Shown here piece by piece: positions 45,052 through 55,098 of a stretch of 64,000 nucleotides of DNA. This stretch comes from Candidatus Kerfeldbacteria bacterium (lineage in GTDB: Bacteria; Patescibacteriota; Patescibacteriia; SBBC01; CAIJZX01): assembly GCA_016193315.1 (NCBI GenBank), contig JACPSJ010000001.1, positions 663,478 through 727,477 on the forward strand, in the 5' to 3' direction. A program made the translations under genes and the position numbers. The notes under the pieces are model-generated. The model saw only the letters and a program-made list of their open reading frames with translations, had not been told where the DNA came from and ran no database searches. Numbering within the stretch: the stretch's first letter is position 1; every line of letters begins with the position of its first letter.

Positions 45052-45882
45052 TCAACGATAGAGATTGTCGCGATCGAACTGGTTGATCTGGGGGCTGACG
45101 ACTGCCTGGCTGGCCGTGGCCACCGGGTACTGCCAGGTCCGGTTGATGGTCTTGGTCGTCAGCGTTGGCCAGCGGTCTAGGACTAGTTCATCGACTGCCA
45201 CAATCTCCGGGCCGGCTTTGATCACCACCGGCACCCGAACTTTTAGGAAGCTGTAGACGGAACGGTTGGTGACCGTGGCGGTCAGATTGACGGTTAGAAC
45301 GCGCTGGCTGCCGATAGTCACGGTGGTTGGTGTCAGCGTGACCTGCTCGACCGTGAAGGACGGTGGCGGCACGGCGGCCGAGGCCGCTCGCGCCCAGATG
45401 ACGTCGGTCACCTGCAGGGTTGCTGACCCCGGGGCTGATTGGCCAACCGAAACATTCAGCTGCATCACCGGCCGTTCACTACCCGGATTGAGCCACAGTC
45501 GTTGAATCTCAAGCGCCTCGCCCCCCAGCGTGAATTGCGCGATCACCTCTTTGGCGCCCCAACCATGGTTCGGGTTGTTGACCATCGCCACGAGGTCAAC
45601 GCTTCCGTCGTGCGGGCCGATGATGGCTACTGGGCCGACGACCAGGGGCTGTGGCTGCACGGCGGACGATGGCTGGAGATCGGCCAGGCTTGCGGCGGCT
45701 CGCCCGACCAGGTTATCGAAGCGCGGCTGGGTAAGGAAGAAAAAGAAAAAGAAAATGATCGCCCACACCAAGCTGAGACCCATAAAAGCCAGCAGCACAA
45801 TGACCCACCAGGTACGGAGCTGGGCCTTGTGACTGACAATCCAGTATCCCAGGGCGAGCTGGAAATCGCCGCGTGGCGTCAT
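45052..45882 (-). CDS. Hypothetical single-TM protein with beta-rich external domains
   Basis: TM near the N-terminus; VNNPNHGWG motif. Confidence 0.7.
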   Translation of the reverse strand: MTPRGDFQLALGYWIVSHKAQLRTWWVIVLLAFMGLSLVWAIIFFFFFFLTQPRFDNLVGRAAASLADLQPSSAVQPQPLVVGPVAIIGPHDGSVDLVAMVNNPNHGWGAKEVIAQFTLGGEALEIQRLWLNPGSERPVMQLNVSVGQSAPGSATLQVTDVIWARAASAAVPPPSFTVEQVTLTPTTVTIGSQRVLTVNLTATVTNRSVYSFLKVRVPVVIKAGPEIVAVDELVLDRWPTLTTKTINRTWQYPVATASQAVVSPQINQFDRDNLYR

Positions 45883-45963
45883 GGCGCCTCCATGCTACCA
45901 GACGACCAAGGGGCAGTCAATTCGCCCTAGCGACCGGTCCGTGGCTGTGGTATGATGATGGCC

Positions 45964-46272
45964 ATGGATTCTCGCGATGTGCTCTTCCTGACCTTGGCTG
46001 TCTGTGCTGCCGTCCTGACTGCCGGCTCGGCCTGGCTGTTGTACTACTTGGTTCGAATCATCCGCACCGTCGCCGCCGCGGTCGACGATTTTCGGCAACG
46101 GTTGGCCACCATCGATGGCATCCTCCAAACGATCAAGGATAAATTATCGTCGACTCACCTTCAACTGGCCGCCTTGGCTGCGGGGTTGAAGCAGCTCATT
46201 AGTTTCTTCGCCAGTCGGCGAGTCAAGCGCCGACCCAGCACTCGCGCATCAACCCCAGCAGACGAGTTCTAG
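45964..46272 (+). CDS. Hypothetical TM / coiled-coil protein
   Basis: MDSRDVLFL TM followed by an amphipathic helix; TGgTATGAT just upstream. Confidence 0.7.
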   Translation: MDSRDVLFLTLAVCAAVLTAGSAWLLYYLVRIIRTVAAAVDDFRQRLATIDGILQTIKDKLSSTHLQLAALAAGLKQLISFFASRRVKRRPSTRASTPADEF

Positions 46273-46329
46273 CTCCTGGCTGGGAGATGGTGCTGTCATC
46301 ACCACGGCCACGGTGGTGCGGTTCTCGCT

Positions 46330-49300
46330 ATGCCCGACTTCGTCCACCTCCACACTCATAGTCACTACTCCCTGCTCGATGGTTTGCCGAAAATCGAGGA
46401 TTTGGTGTCGGCCGCGAAAGACCAAGGCGCTACGGCCCTGGCCCTGACCGACCACGGTGCTCTCTACGGAGCGATCGAATTCTACCAGCGCTGCCGGGCC
46501 GCCGGCATCAAACCAATCATCGGCGTTGAAACGTACGTCGCCCCGCACGGCCGACAACAGAAACGGGCCAAGGTAGACGAACGAAACTACCACCTCATCT
46601 TACTGGCCAAAGACTACCGGGGATACCTCAATCTCATCAAGCTGGTCTCCCTGGCTCACCTCGAAGGATATTACTACCGGCCGCGGGTTGATGATGAGAT
46701 TTTGGCCCAACACCACGCCGGGCTGATCGCGCTCAGTGCCTGCCTGAAAGGTGAAATTCCGACGCTCCTCAGGAATAGCGACCAGGCGCAGGCTCGACGC
46801 GCCGTTGAGCGCTATCAACAGCTGTTCGGCCCCGACGGTTTTTTTCTCGAACTCCAGCCGCACAACAACGATGACCAGCAGACGGTCAATCGCGGCCTAA
46901 TCGAGCTCAGTCGCCAGACTGGAGCCCCGCTCGTCGCCACCGCCGACAGCCACTACCTGCGGCCGGAAGATGCCGAAGCGCAGGACATTCTGCTCTGTAT
47001 CCACCTCAAACGTCAACTGGCGGATCGGGAGCGGATGACCATGGCCGGCCAGGACTTGTCGCTCCGTTCACCGCGGGCGATGGCCGAGGCGTTCCGCCAT
47101 CTACCGGAAGCGATCGCGAATACGGTCAAGATCGCGGCCCAATGTAACCTCGAAATCCCGCTCGGCCAAACTCGGTTGCCGCACTTCGACGTCCCGGCGG
47201 GGGAAATGCCGGAACGCTATTTAGCCGAATTGTGCCAGGCCGGCATCCCGCGACGCTACGGTCAGCTCCGGCCGGAGATCAGGCAGCGTCTCGACTACGA
47301 GTTGAGGGTCATCAACGACACCGGCTTTGCCACCTACTTCCTGATCGTTCAGGATCTCGTCAATTGGGCCAAGCAGCATGGCATTGTGGTCGGCCCGGGC
47401 CGTGGTTCGGCGGCCGGCTCGATCGTTTCCTACCTACTCAATATTACCAACGTTGACCCGTTGAAATATGATCTCCTGTTCGAGCGATTTCTGAATCCGG
47501 AACGGGTGGCCATGCCGGACATCGACATTGACTTCGCCGACATCCGGCGAGATGAGGTCCTCCGGTACGTCGAAAAAAAATACGGTCGCGAGCACGTGGC
47601 GCAAATCATTACCTTTGGAACGATGGCTGCCCGCGCGGCCATTCGCGACGTTGGGCGGGTGCTTGGGTTGCCGTACGCCTATTGTGACCGAGTGGCCAAG
47701 CTGATTCCGATGTTTGCCAGCCTCAGCCAGGCGCTGGAGCAAGTCCCGGAGCTGCGGGAGATCTATGAAAATGATGCCGCGGGCCGCCGGCTGATCGAAA
47801 GCGCCAAGAAGCTCGAGGGTGTCGCTCGCCATGCCTCGCGCCATGCCTGCGGGGTGGTGATTACGAAGGAACCGCTCGAACATCATGCCCCCCTGCAGTA
47901 CGCCTCCCCCGAGGATCAGTCGATCATTAGTCAGTATTCACTCCATCCGATCGAGGATCTTGGCCTGCTGAAAATGGATTTCCTCGGCCTGGCCAACCTC
48001 ACCATCCTGGAAACCTGCATTGCCGTTATCGCTCAAACGCGCCAGCAGCAGATTGACCTCGATCGGATACCGTTTGACGACCAACGGACGTTTCAACTCC
48101 TCCAACGCGGGGAGACCACCGGGGTTTTCCAACTGGAATCGGGTGGCATGCGTCGTTATCTGCGCGAATTGAAGCCGACCTCACTCGAGGATATCATCGC
48201 CATGGTCGCTCTCTATCGCCCCGGGCCGATGGAACTCATTCCCCAGTTTATTGCCGGCAAACACGGCCGCCACCGACCGACCTATCTCGATCCGCGGCTA
48301 GAACCAATCCTCCGCAAGACGTATGGTGTGGCCGTCTACCAAGAACAAGTCATGCAGCTGGCTCGTGACATTGCCGGTTTCCCCCTGGGCGAAGCTGATG
48401 TCCTGCGCAAAGCCGTCGGTAAGAAAATCGGCAAACTCCTCAAGGAGCAACGCGAGCGGTTCATCGCCGGGGCGATCAAGCATGGGACGAGCCGGCCCGT
48501 GGCGGAGAGGATTTTCGACTTCATCGAACCGTTCGCACGATACGGTTTCAACCGTTCGCACGCGGCCTGCTATGCCGTCATTGCCTATCACACCGCCTAC
48601 TTCAAAGCGAATTATCCCGCCGAGTTCATGGCCGCCCTGCTGACATCCGACCAGCACAATACTGATCGGGTGGCCTTGGAAATCGAGGAGGCGCGACGGA
48701 TGGGGTTACCCGTCCTGCCGCCAGACGTCAATGAGAGCGAGGCCAGCTTTACGGTGCTGGCCGGACGAGCCGCCAGCGGAACCGGCACCGCCGGGCCGAC
48801 TGGTCCTGACCAACCGCGAACCATCCGTTTCGGCCTCGGCGCCGTAAAGAATGTCGGTGACCATCTAGTCGACACCATCATCGCTGAGCGCAAGCGTGAC
48901 GGGCCCTTCCAGGGGCTGGAAGACTTTCTCCGCCGCGTCCAGCACAAAGATCTCAATAAAAAATCGCTCGACAGCCTGGCGAAGGTGGGGGCGCTTGACG
49001 CCTTGGCCGAACGACAGGTCATTCTCGAGAACCTCAATGATTTGCTGAAGTACGCCAAGCGCGCTGACGAAGAAGCGACGGTTGGACAAACCAGCCTCTT
49101 CGGCTCGTTCCCCACCCAGCACGCGCCGCGGTTGCGTCTCAAACCCGCCTCCCCGGCCAGTCGGTCGCAGCGCGGCCAATGGGAGAAGCGACTCCTCGGT
49201 CTCTATATCACCGACCACCCACTCGAAGAATACCGCCAACACCTGGCTCGCGCGGCCCAGCCGATCGCTCACGCCCGAGAACGATCGGCGCAACGCCTGA

Positions 49301-49773
49301 AGATCGGTGGGCTGGTGACCAGCGTCAAACGGATAACTACTAAATCGAACGAGCGGATGGCCTTCGTTCGCCTCGAGGATCTATCCGGCGCCATCGAGGT
49401 CGTCGTTTTCCCGAACCTTTTCCAAACCACCGGCTTGCTCTGGCAGGAAGACCGGATCCTAATCATCGAAGGACAGGTGACGAACCGCGATGGCGAGTGG
49501 AAGGTGCTGGCCGATCGAGCCTGGGAATTCCAGCCGTCCACCGCGCCCACCGAGTCGGCCGTCCAAATCGCCATTAATCTTGAGCAGACCTCGCCAACCA
49601 CGATGCAGGAGCTCAAAACCGTTCTCCAATCATGGCCGGGGGAACGGCTGGTCGAGCTCGTCGTTCGCCGCGGTCAGCAGCAACGCGTGGTACGAACGGA
49701 GCACCGGATTTCTCTGACCCCCGAGCTACGACAAGCCCTGGAGAGCCTGCTCGGGCAGTGCCTGATTCTCTAG
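46330..49773 (+). CDS. dnaE: DNA polymerase III alpha subunit
   Basis: FVHLHTHSHYSLLDG, GPGRGSAAGS, MPDIDIDF, KMDFLGL, YGFNRSH, OB fold. Confidence 0.98.
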   Translation: MPDFVHLHTHSHYSLLDGLPKIEDLVSAAKDQGATALALTDHGALYGAIEFYQRCRAAGIKPIIGVETYVAPHGRQQKRAKVDERNYHLILLAKDYRGYLNLIKLVSLAHLEGYYYRPRVDDEILAQHHAGLIALSACLKGEIPTLLRNSDQAQARRAVERYQQLFGPDGFFLELQPHNNDDQQTVNRGLIELSRQTGAPLVATADSHYLRPEDAEAQDILLCIHLKRQLADRERMTMAGQDLSLRSPRAMAEAFRHLPEAIANTVKIAAQCNLEIPLGQTRLPHFDVPAGEMPERYLAELCQAGIPRRYGQLRPEIRQRLDYELRVINDTGFATYFLIVQDLVNWAKQHGIVVGPGRGSAAGSIVSYLLNITNVDPLKYDLLFERFLNPERVAMPDIDIDFADIRRDEVLRYVEKKYGREHVAQIITFGTMAARAAIRDVGRVLGLPYAYCDRVAKLIPMFASLSQALEQVPELREIYENDAAGRRLIESAKKLEGVARHASRHACGVVITKEPLEHHAPLQYASPEDQSIISQYSLHPIEDLGLLKMDFLGLANLTILETCIAVIAQTRQQQIDLDRIPFDDQRTFQLLQRGETTGVFQLESGGMRRYLRELKPTSLEDIIAMVALYRPGPMELIPQFIAGKHGRHRPTYLDPRLEPILRKTYGVAVYQEQVMQLARDIAGFPLGEADVLRKAVGKKIGKLLKEQRERFIAGAIKHGTSRPVAERIFDFIEPFARYGFNRSHAACYAVIAYHTAYFKANYPAEFMAALLTSDQHNTDRVALEIEEARRMGLPVLPPDVNESEASFTVLAGRAASGTGTAGPTGPDQPRTIRFGLGAVKNVGDHLVDTIIAERKRDGPFQGLEDFLRRVQHKDLNKKSLDSLAKVGALDALAERQVILENLNDLLKYAKRADEEATVGQTSLFGSFPTQHAPRLRLKPASPASRSQRGQWEKRLLGLYITDHPLEEYRQHLARAAQPIAHARERSAQRLKIGGLVTSVKRITTKSNERMAFVRLEDLSGAIEVVVFPNLFQTTGLLWQEDRILIIEGQVTNRDGEWKVLADRAWEFQPSTAPTESAVQIAINLEQTSPTTMQELKTVLQSWPGERLVELVVRRGQQQRVVRTEHRISLTPELRQALESLLGQCLIL

Positions 49774-49776
49774 TCG

Positions 49777-50877
49777 ATGCTCGGCCAAGCCAAAGTTCAA
49801 CGACTCTACCGGGTGGTGACCATCGTCTTCCTTGGTCTGGTCGGGTTGACCTTCGGCGGTGTAGTCTATGCTGGTTGGTCCAGAACGATCATCACGGTCA
49901 CGCCGAAGCGAACGGCCCTGACGACCTCTTTCCCGATTACCGTTAGTCCTGATCCATCGACCGCCACTGGTGTCCGCGGGACCGTCACGAAAACAACGAG
50001 AACGGCGAGTGCCACGGCCAAACCTTCGGACGTGGGCCTGTCCGTACCGGCTCATGCGCGCGGCACCATCACCCTTCATAATGAGGGTTCGGCCGCCCAA
50101 TCACTGGCCACCCAGACCAGGCTCCAAGCCACCAGCGGCGTCATTGTCCGGATCGCCGAGCGAGTGATTGTCCCCGCCGGCGGGACGGTTGACGTCACTG
50201 CTGTGGCTGACCCGCTCGGGGCGGAGGGAGAAATAGCGCCCGGCCGTTTGACCATTGTGGCCTTGCGCCCAGCCAACCAGCAACTCATTTATGGCACCGT
50301 GGCTGAAGCTTTTACCGGCGGCCTCGAGCCTCGTTCTGGCACCCTATCGGTCGACGAGCTGACGAAAACAAGCAACGAAGCGCAGTCCCAGATCAGTGCC
50401 GCGGTTGGTGCCGATCAACCTGGTCGTCTCGTCGTCCTCAGGCCGCAAGAAGTCGCTACTGATCCGAAGCCTGATGTGCCGAGTGCCGAGTATCAGGTGA
50501 CGGTGACGGTCGAGGTGTTGGATATTCGCTACGAGACCGAGTCGCTGCGCCGCCTGGTGGAGCAGTCTTTGACCGCGCAGCTCGGCGATGACCAGGAGCT
50601 GGTGACCATCGGCCAGCCGGAGTTGACATTCGATCAGCAACCAACCCTGGAGAGCGCACTGGTGACCGCCAAAGCCAGAGGCCAGGCCGAACTCAGTGCC
50701 ACCAGTGCCATGATCCAGCCACAGCGCTTCGTTGGGCTTGATCGACAAGCTATTCTCGTCGCCCTACTCGGCAGCAACCTCATCGAGTCGGCTGAGGTTC
50801 AAATTTCTCCGCGCTGGCGTCGTCACGCTCCGAGCGAAGCCGCGCGGATTGAGGTTCGGCTCCAGCGCGCCTCTTGA
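49777..50877 (+). CDS. Membrane-anchored protein with baseplate J/gp47-like beta domain
   Basis: ARGTITLHN, LATQTRL, VIVPAGG...V.AD..GAEGEI, FTGG. Confidence 0.65.
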   Translation: MLGQAKVQRLYRVVTIVFLGLVGLTFGGVVYAGWSRTIITVTPKRTALTTSFPITVSPDPSTATGVRGTVTKTTRTASATAKPSDVGLSVPAHARGTITLHNEGSAAQSLATQTRLQATSGVIVRIAERVIVPAGGTVDVTAVADPLGAEGEIAPGRLTIVALRPANQQLIYGTVAEAFTGGLEPRSGTLSVDELTKTSNEAQSQISAAVGADQPGRLVVLRPQEVATDPKPDVPSAEYQVTVTVEVLDIRYETESLRRLVEQSLTAQLGDDQELVTIGQPELTFDQQPTLESALVTAKARGQAELSATSAMIQPQRFVGLDRQAILVALLGSNLIESAEVQISPRWRRHAPSEAARIEVRLQRAS

Positions 50878-50924
50878 CGAGATCGCCGAATCCGCTAGAC
50901 TCAATGACTCATTATTACTAAGCG

Positions 50925-52667
50925 ATGCCCGCCACTCCGGCTTCAAAAAACCTGACGGCTATCAGACACACCCTGGCCCATCTCTTGGCGCACGCTGTTC
51001 AGGATCAGTTCCCGCAGGCGACATTCGCCATCGGCCCGGCCATTGACAATGGTTTCTACTACGACGTCGACGTCGGTCGACCGTTGAGGCCCGAGGATTT
51101 GCCTACGCTGGAGCGACGGATGCGCCACTTAGTCAAGCAAGGCTTGGCGGTCGAGAAGATTGATGCTGAACACGAGAGAGTGAAGCGGTATCTCGCCGCT
51201 CAGCCGTTCAAGCAAGAACTGGTGGCTGACCTCCATGCGGCTCATCAAGAACCGACATACTATCAAGTCGGACACTTCATCGACCTCTGCCGCGGCGGCC
51301 ATGTGACGAACACCCGTGACATCCCCCTCGACGGTTTCAAGCTCAGCCATCTGGCCGGCGCCTACTGGCGTGGCGACAGCGCGAAGCCGATGCTGCAGCG
51401 AATCTACGGCGTCGCCTTCCAGACCAAGGCCGAGCTTGATCAATACCTCGCTCGTCAGGCCGAGGCAGCCAAGCGGGACCACCGCAAGCTCGGCAAGGAA
51501 CTCGGCATCTTCTCCATGCACGATGTGGCTCCGGGTACGCCGTTTTGGCTGCCGGCCGGCATGATCATCATTCGCGAGCTCGAGAGCCTGCTGCGGACGG
51601 AGTACCAACGCCGCGGCTTCGTTGAAGTCCGCACGCCGATCCTGGTCAAGAAAGACCTATGGCAGCAATCGGGCCACTGGGACCACTACCGAGAGAACAT
51701 GTTTACCTTGCGGGTGGAAAACGAAGACTACGCCCTGAAAGCGATGAACTGCCCGGCCAGCTGTCTGATCTACGGCGAGCAGACCCGGAGTTACCGCGAT
51801 TTTCCTCTCCGGCTGGCTGAATTCGGCGTCCTGCACCGTAACGAGATCGCCGGCGCCCTCGGCGGTCTCTTCCGCGTTCGCGGGTTCACCCAGGACGATG
51901 CCCATCTCTACTGCCGTCCTGATCAAATCACCAAGGAGATCGGCGACCAATTACGCTTCACCCTGGCGATGCACCGCTTGTTCGGCTTCAAGCCCAGTTT
52001 CCGTTTAGCCACCCGGCCGGAGCCGGCCATGGGCGATCCGAAGCTCTGGGAACTCGCCGAACGATCCTTGGCGAGTGCTTTGCGGTCGAACAATATTCCC
52101 TATGCCGTGGCCGAAAAAGATGGGGCGTTCTACGGACCAAAAATCGACATCGATGTGACCGATTCCCTCGGTCGAACCTGGACGATTGCCACCATTCAAC
52201 TCGACTTTCAAATGCCCGAGCGCTTTGCGCTGGAGTACACCGATGAACACGGCCGATCGCCGCGACCGATCATGATCCACCGGGCGATTTTCGGATCCTA
52301 CGAACGGTTCATCGGCCTATTGATCGAACACTTCGCCGGCGCATTTCCGCTCTGGCTTTCCCCAACTCAGGTCGAACTGCTGACCGTCGCCAAGAAACAT
52401 CGAGCCACCGGCCAGAAGCTCTTGAAACTCTTGACTCAGGCCGGTTTGCGGGTTCATCTCGATGACAGCGATGAAACCGTCGGCTACAAAATCCGGAAGG
52501 CCGAGAAACAGAAAGTGCCATACATGATTGTAGTTGGTGAGAAGGAGAAAACGCTTCAGCGAATGGCGATACGAGTCCGAGGAAAGAAGCAAGTGCGGTC
52601 AGTCCGCTTGAAAACGTGGATCATCCAAGCGCAAAAAAAGATGGCCTCGCGGTCGAGCGCCCTATAA
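50925..52667 (+). CDS. thrS: Threonine--tRNA ligase
   Basis: RHTLAHLL, DLCRGGH, RDHRKLG, KAMNCP, RVRGFTQDDAH, GAFYGPK, HRAIFGS.ERF. Confidence 0.98.
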   Translation: MPATPASKNLTAIRHTLAHLLAHAVQDQFPQATFAIGPAIDNGFYYDVDVGRPLRPEDLPTLERRMRHLVKQGLAVEKIDAEHERVKRYLAAQPFKQELVADLHAAHQEPTYYQVGHFIDLCRGGHVTNTRDIPLDGFKLSHLAGAYWRGDSAKPMLQRIYGVAFQTKAELDQYLARQAEAAKRDHRKLGKELGIFSMHDVAPGTPFWLPAGMIIIRELESLLRTEYQRRGFVEVRTPILVKKDLWQQSGHWDHYRENMFTLRVENEDYALKAMNCPASCLIYGEQTRSYRDFPLRLAEFGVLHRNEIAGALGGLFRVRGFTQDDAHLYCRPDQITKEIGDQLRFTLAMHRLFGFKPSFRLATRPEPAMGDPKLWELAERSLASALRSNNIPYAVAEKDGAFYGPKIDIDVTDSLGRTWTIATIQLDFQMPERFALEYTDEHGRSPRPIMIHRAIFGSYERFIGLLIEHFAGAFPLWLSPTQVELLTVAKKHRATGQKLLKLLTQAGLRVHLDDSDETVGYKIRKAEKQKVPYMIVVGEKEKTLQRMAIRVRGKKQVRSVRLKTWIIQAQKKMASRSSAL

Positions 52668-52727
52668 CTTTATAAAAACCCACCAGTTTCCTGATGGGGT
52701 ACTTCGAGGTTGGATCCGACGGCACGC

Positions 52728-53069
52728 CTAAAACGGCTTGAACCCGGTCGGCTGGAGCAGGATCCAGACGAAGCCTGAGATGTCGGCCCCGGCGAGTTCC
52801 TTGACCCGCGCGGCGATTCGCGCGGTCCGCTCGTCGAGGTTGGCCCGCCGAGACGGGAAATCGTGGGCCCAGATGATGATCTCGAGATCCTTGGTGTGGA
52901 CGTCGAGCGGGCCGAAATCCTGAACCCAGATCTCGATATCGCCTGGGCCGAGAGCCATCTCATCGCTGCTGAGTTGCTCGGCAGCGACCGCGGTCAGGGC
53001 CAAGACGAGATTCCTGATATTTTCGTCCGACACTCGCTCCGGGTTGCGGTTAACAACAACCAATGGCAT
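52728..53069 (-). CDS. Hypothetical protein, possibly tautomerase/MIF fold
   Basis: Met-Pro start after SD AAGGAGG, beta-alpha-beta pattern, own terminator. Confidence 0.6.
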   Translation of the reverse strand: MPLVVVNRNPERVSDENIRNLVLALTAVAAEQLSSDEMALGPGDIEIWVQDFGPLDVHTKDLEIIIWAHDFPSRRANLDERTARIAARVKELAGADISGFVWILLQPTGFKPF

Positions 53070-53220
53070 GTGCGCCTCCTTCGGCAACGGAGTCCTTGGC
53101 TTCCCGAGTTTTCATGAACTCGGGGTGAACAGAATGTGCAACGAAAGACCTTAGCAGGTTACGGCCGCTGTGTCCAGGCCTGGTCAACTGATTTCGCTGG
53201 ACGGCTGCAAAAAACCGCAC

Positions 53221-53976
53221 CTAATGGTGCGGCCGTTCGGCGGAGTTGAGTTGGTCAATGAGCCTTGGCAATTCCGCCACGCGCTCAATCGTGTGGAACC
53301 GCGCCCCTCGAGGAAACCGTTTGGTCCGGAGCCACGGCAGTCCAGCATTTCGTAGCCACACCCCGACGATCCCCAGACGGAGGGCTGGCCTGACGTCGCT
53401 ATCGAGCGAGTCGCCGACCATCATCGCACGACCGGCGAATCCTCCCAGCCCTAGCAATCGCAGCTGTGGACCCTTCGGTTCCTGCACCGGATGGATCGAA
53501 TCGAAAAGCGCCTCAATCCCATTGCGTCTAACCTTCAGCAGCTGGAATTCCCTGTCTCCCAGCGTCAGCAGGTGGAGTTGGTGACCGTCCGTCTTCAGCT
53601 TGGCCAGTGTCTCGGCCACGCCCTCGAAGAGCGGGTAAGGTGCTGATCGCACCACTTCGAAAGCACCCTGGATCGAAGCCCCCACTATCGGATCGATCGG
53701 CTGCTTGAGTCGGGCTGCCAAGTGTGCGTATGCCTCTTCCCAGGCGTCTTGGAACAAGTCGAAGTAGAAGCCGCGGCGCTCGAACAGTGCCGCCTGGACG
53801 AACCGGCCGTAGCGAATAAGTTGATCGTCTGGCATGTCGAGTCCAGGCAGGGCGGTGTGGATGATCGTGGCACAGGCTAAGTCAGCCGCCTGATAGTACT
53901 CGCTGCACCGCCACAAGGTGCCATCGCCATCGAAGATGATCGTCCACCGACCATCCACAGCGGAACCATTCGTCAT
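53221..53976 (-). CDS. HAD-superfamily hydrolase
   Basis: IFDGDGTLW, LLTLGD...Q..K, MVGDSLDSDV. Confidence 0.88.
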   Translation of the reverse strand: MTNGSAVDGRWTIIFDGDGTLWRCSEYYQAADLACATIIHTALPGLDMPDDQLIRYGRFVQAALFERRGFYFDLFQDAWEEAYAHLAARLKQPIDPIVGASIQGAFEVVRSAPYPLFEGVAETLAKLKTDGHQLHLLTLGDREFQLLKVRRNGIEALFDSIHPVQEPKGPQLRLLGLGGFAGRAMMVGDSLDSDVRPALRLGIVGVWLRNAGLPWLRTKRFPRGARFHTIERVAELPRLIDQLNSAERPHH

Positions 53977-54083
53977 CAGGTACCTCCGGTTGGAAGGTGG
54001 AATGAAATGAACAGAAGGAACAGTTTGGTACTATTCTCGTAACAGAAAAAATCAGCGAGGTCAAGCGTGCTATACTTCCGGCC

Positions 54084-54980
54084 GTGCCACGCCGATTGGT
54101 TATCATCCTCGGTCCGACCGCCTCGGGAAAATCAAAACTAGGCCTCCAGCTCGCCAAGAAGTTTCAGGGGGTCGTCATTTCCGCTGACTCACGGCAGGTC
54201 TATCGTGGCTTGAACATCGGCACCGGAAAAATCAACCAGCCAGGCATGCGTGGTGTACCGCACTATCTGCTTGATGTCGCTTCACCGCGCCGCCAGTACT
54301 CGGTGGCCCGGTACGCCCGCGATGTCCGTCGGGTGTTGAACTCTATTGACCCAAACCGACCGGTGTTTCTTGTCGGCGGTTCGCCGTTTTACATCAAGGC
54401 CGTCACCGAGCCGCACAGCTTTTCACCGGTACCGCCGGATGCGGCACTGCGGCGGCGGTTGGCGGGTCTGACGACCGCGCGATTAATCGCGCGGCTACAA
54501 AAACTCGATCCGGAACGTGCCCGGCATATCGACCCCGCCAACCGCCGCCGCCTCATTCGGGCGGTTGAAATCGCCGGCGAGCGAAGGCAGTATTATTCAT
54601 TGCAGTTTCCGCCGATGCAGGTATTGAAGATCGGACTGGCTGTGCCGCGCCGGATGCTGTTCGGCCGCATCGATCGCCAGGTCAAGCGACGTCTGCGTGG
54701 CGGCATGATTAATGAAGTTCAACGGCTTCACCGCCGAGGCGTGCCGTGGTCACGTTTTCGAGCGTTTGGTCTTGAATATCGTCTGGTGGTTGACTATCTC
54801 CGCGGGAGATTGAGAAGAGAACGGTTGGGGCCAAAAATGAAATCCGCCACCCACGATTTTGCCCGGCGGCAAATGACGTGGTGGAAACGTGATTCAGGAA
54901 TTCACTGGGTTCGTCGACTGGACAAAGCGGAACGCCTGGTATCCAGATTCCTCAGGACCAGCGCCGGCGGTAGGACCTGA
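54084..54980 (+). CDS. miaA: tRNA dimethylallyltransferase
   Basis: GPTASGKS, ISADSRQVYRGLNIGTGK, VGGSPFY, FARRQMTW. Confidence 0.96.
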   Translation: MPRRLVIILGPTASGKSKLGLQLAKKFQGVVISADSRQVYRGLNIGTGKINQPGMRGVPHYLLDVASPRRQYSVARYARDVRRVLNSIDPNRPVFLVGGSPFYIKAVTEPHSFSPVPPDAALRRRLAGLTTARLIARLQKLDPERARHIDPANRRRLIRAVEIAGERRQYYSLQFPPMQVLKIGLAVPRRMLFGRIDRQVKRRLRGGMINEVQRLHRRGVPWSRFRAFGLEYRLVVDYLRGRLRRERLGPKMKSATHDFARRQMTWWKRDSGIHWVRRLDKAERLVSRFLRTSAGGRT

Positions 54981-55067
54981 CCACCCCGTCTCCGCCGGTG
55001 GCGTAGCCACCCCTCCTCAAAGACCTCCCTGCCCGCTGCGCGGGCGCCCTCCTAAGTAAGGAGGGCT
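54980..55067. repeat. Composite palindromic intergenic repeat
   Basis: accaccccgt...cacccctcct lead-in, gcccgc/gcgggc hairpin, gccctcct/aggagggc hairpin. Confidence 0.55.
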
Positions 55068-55098
55068 GACGAGGAGAGGACGAGATCGGCCGCCGGTG

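Noticed and set aside
49777-50877. Baseplate J-like gene as evidence of a prophage
   Set aside because: TM-anchored, located between dnaE and thrS, with no other phage genes in the window.
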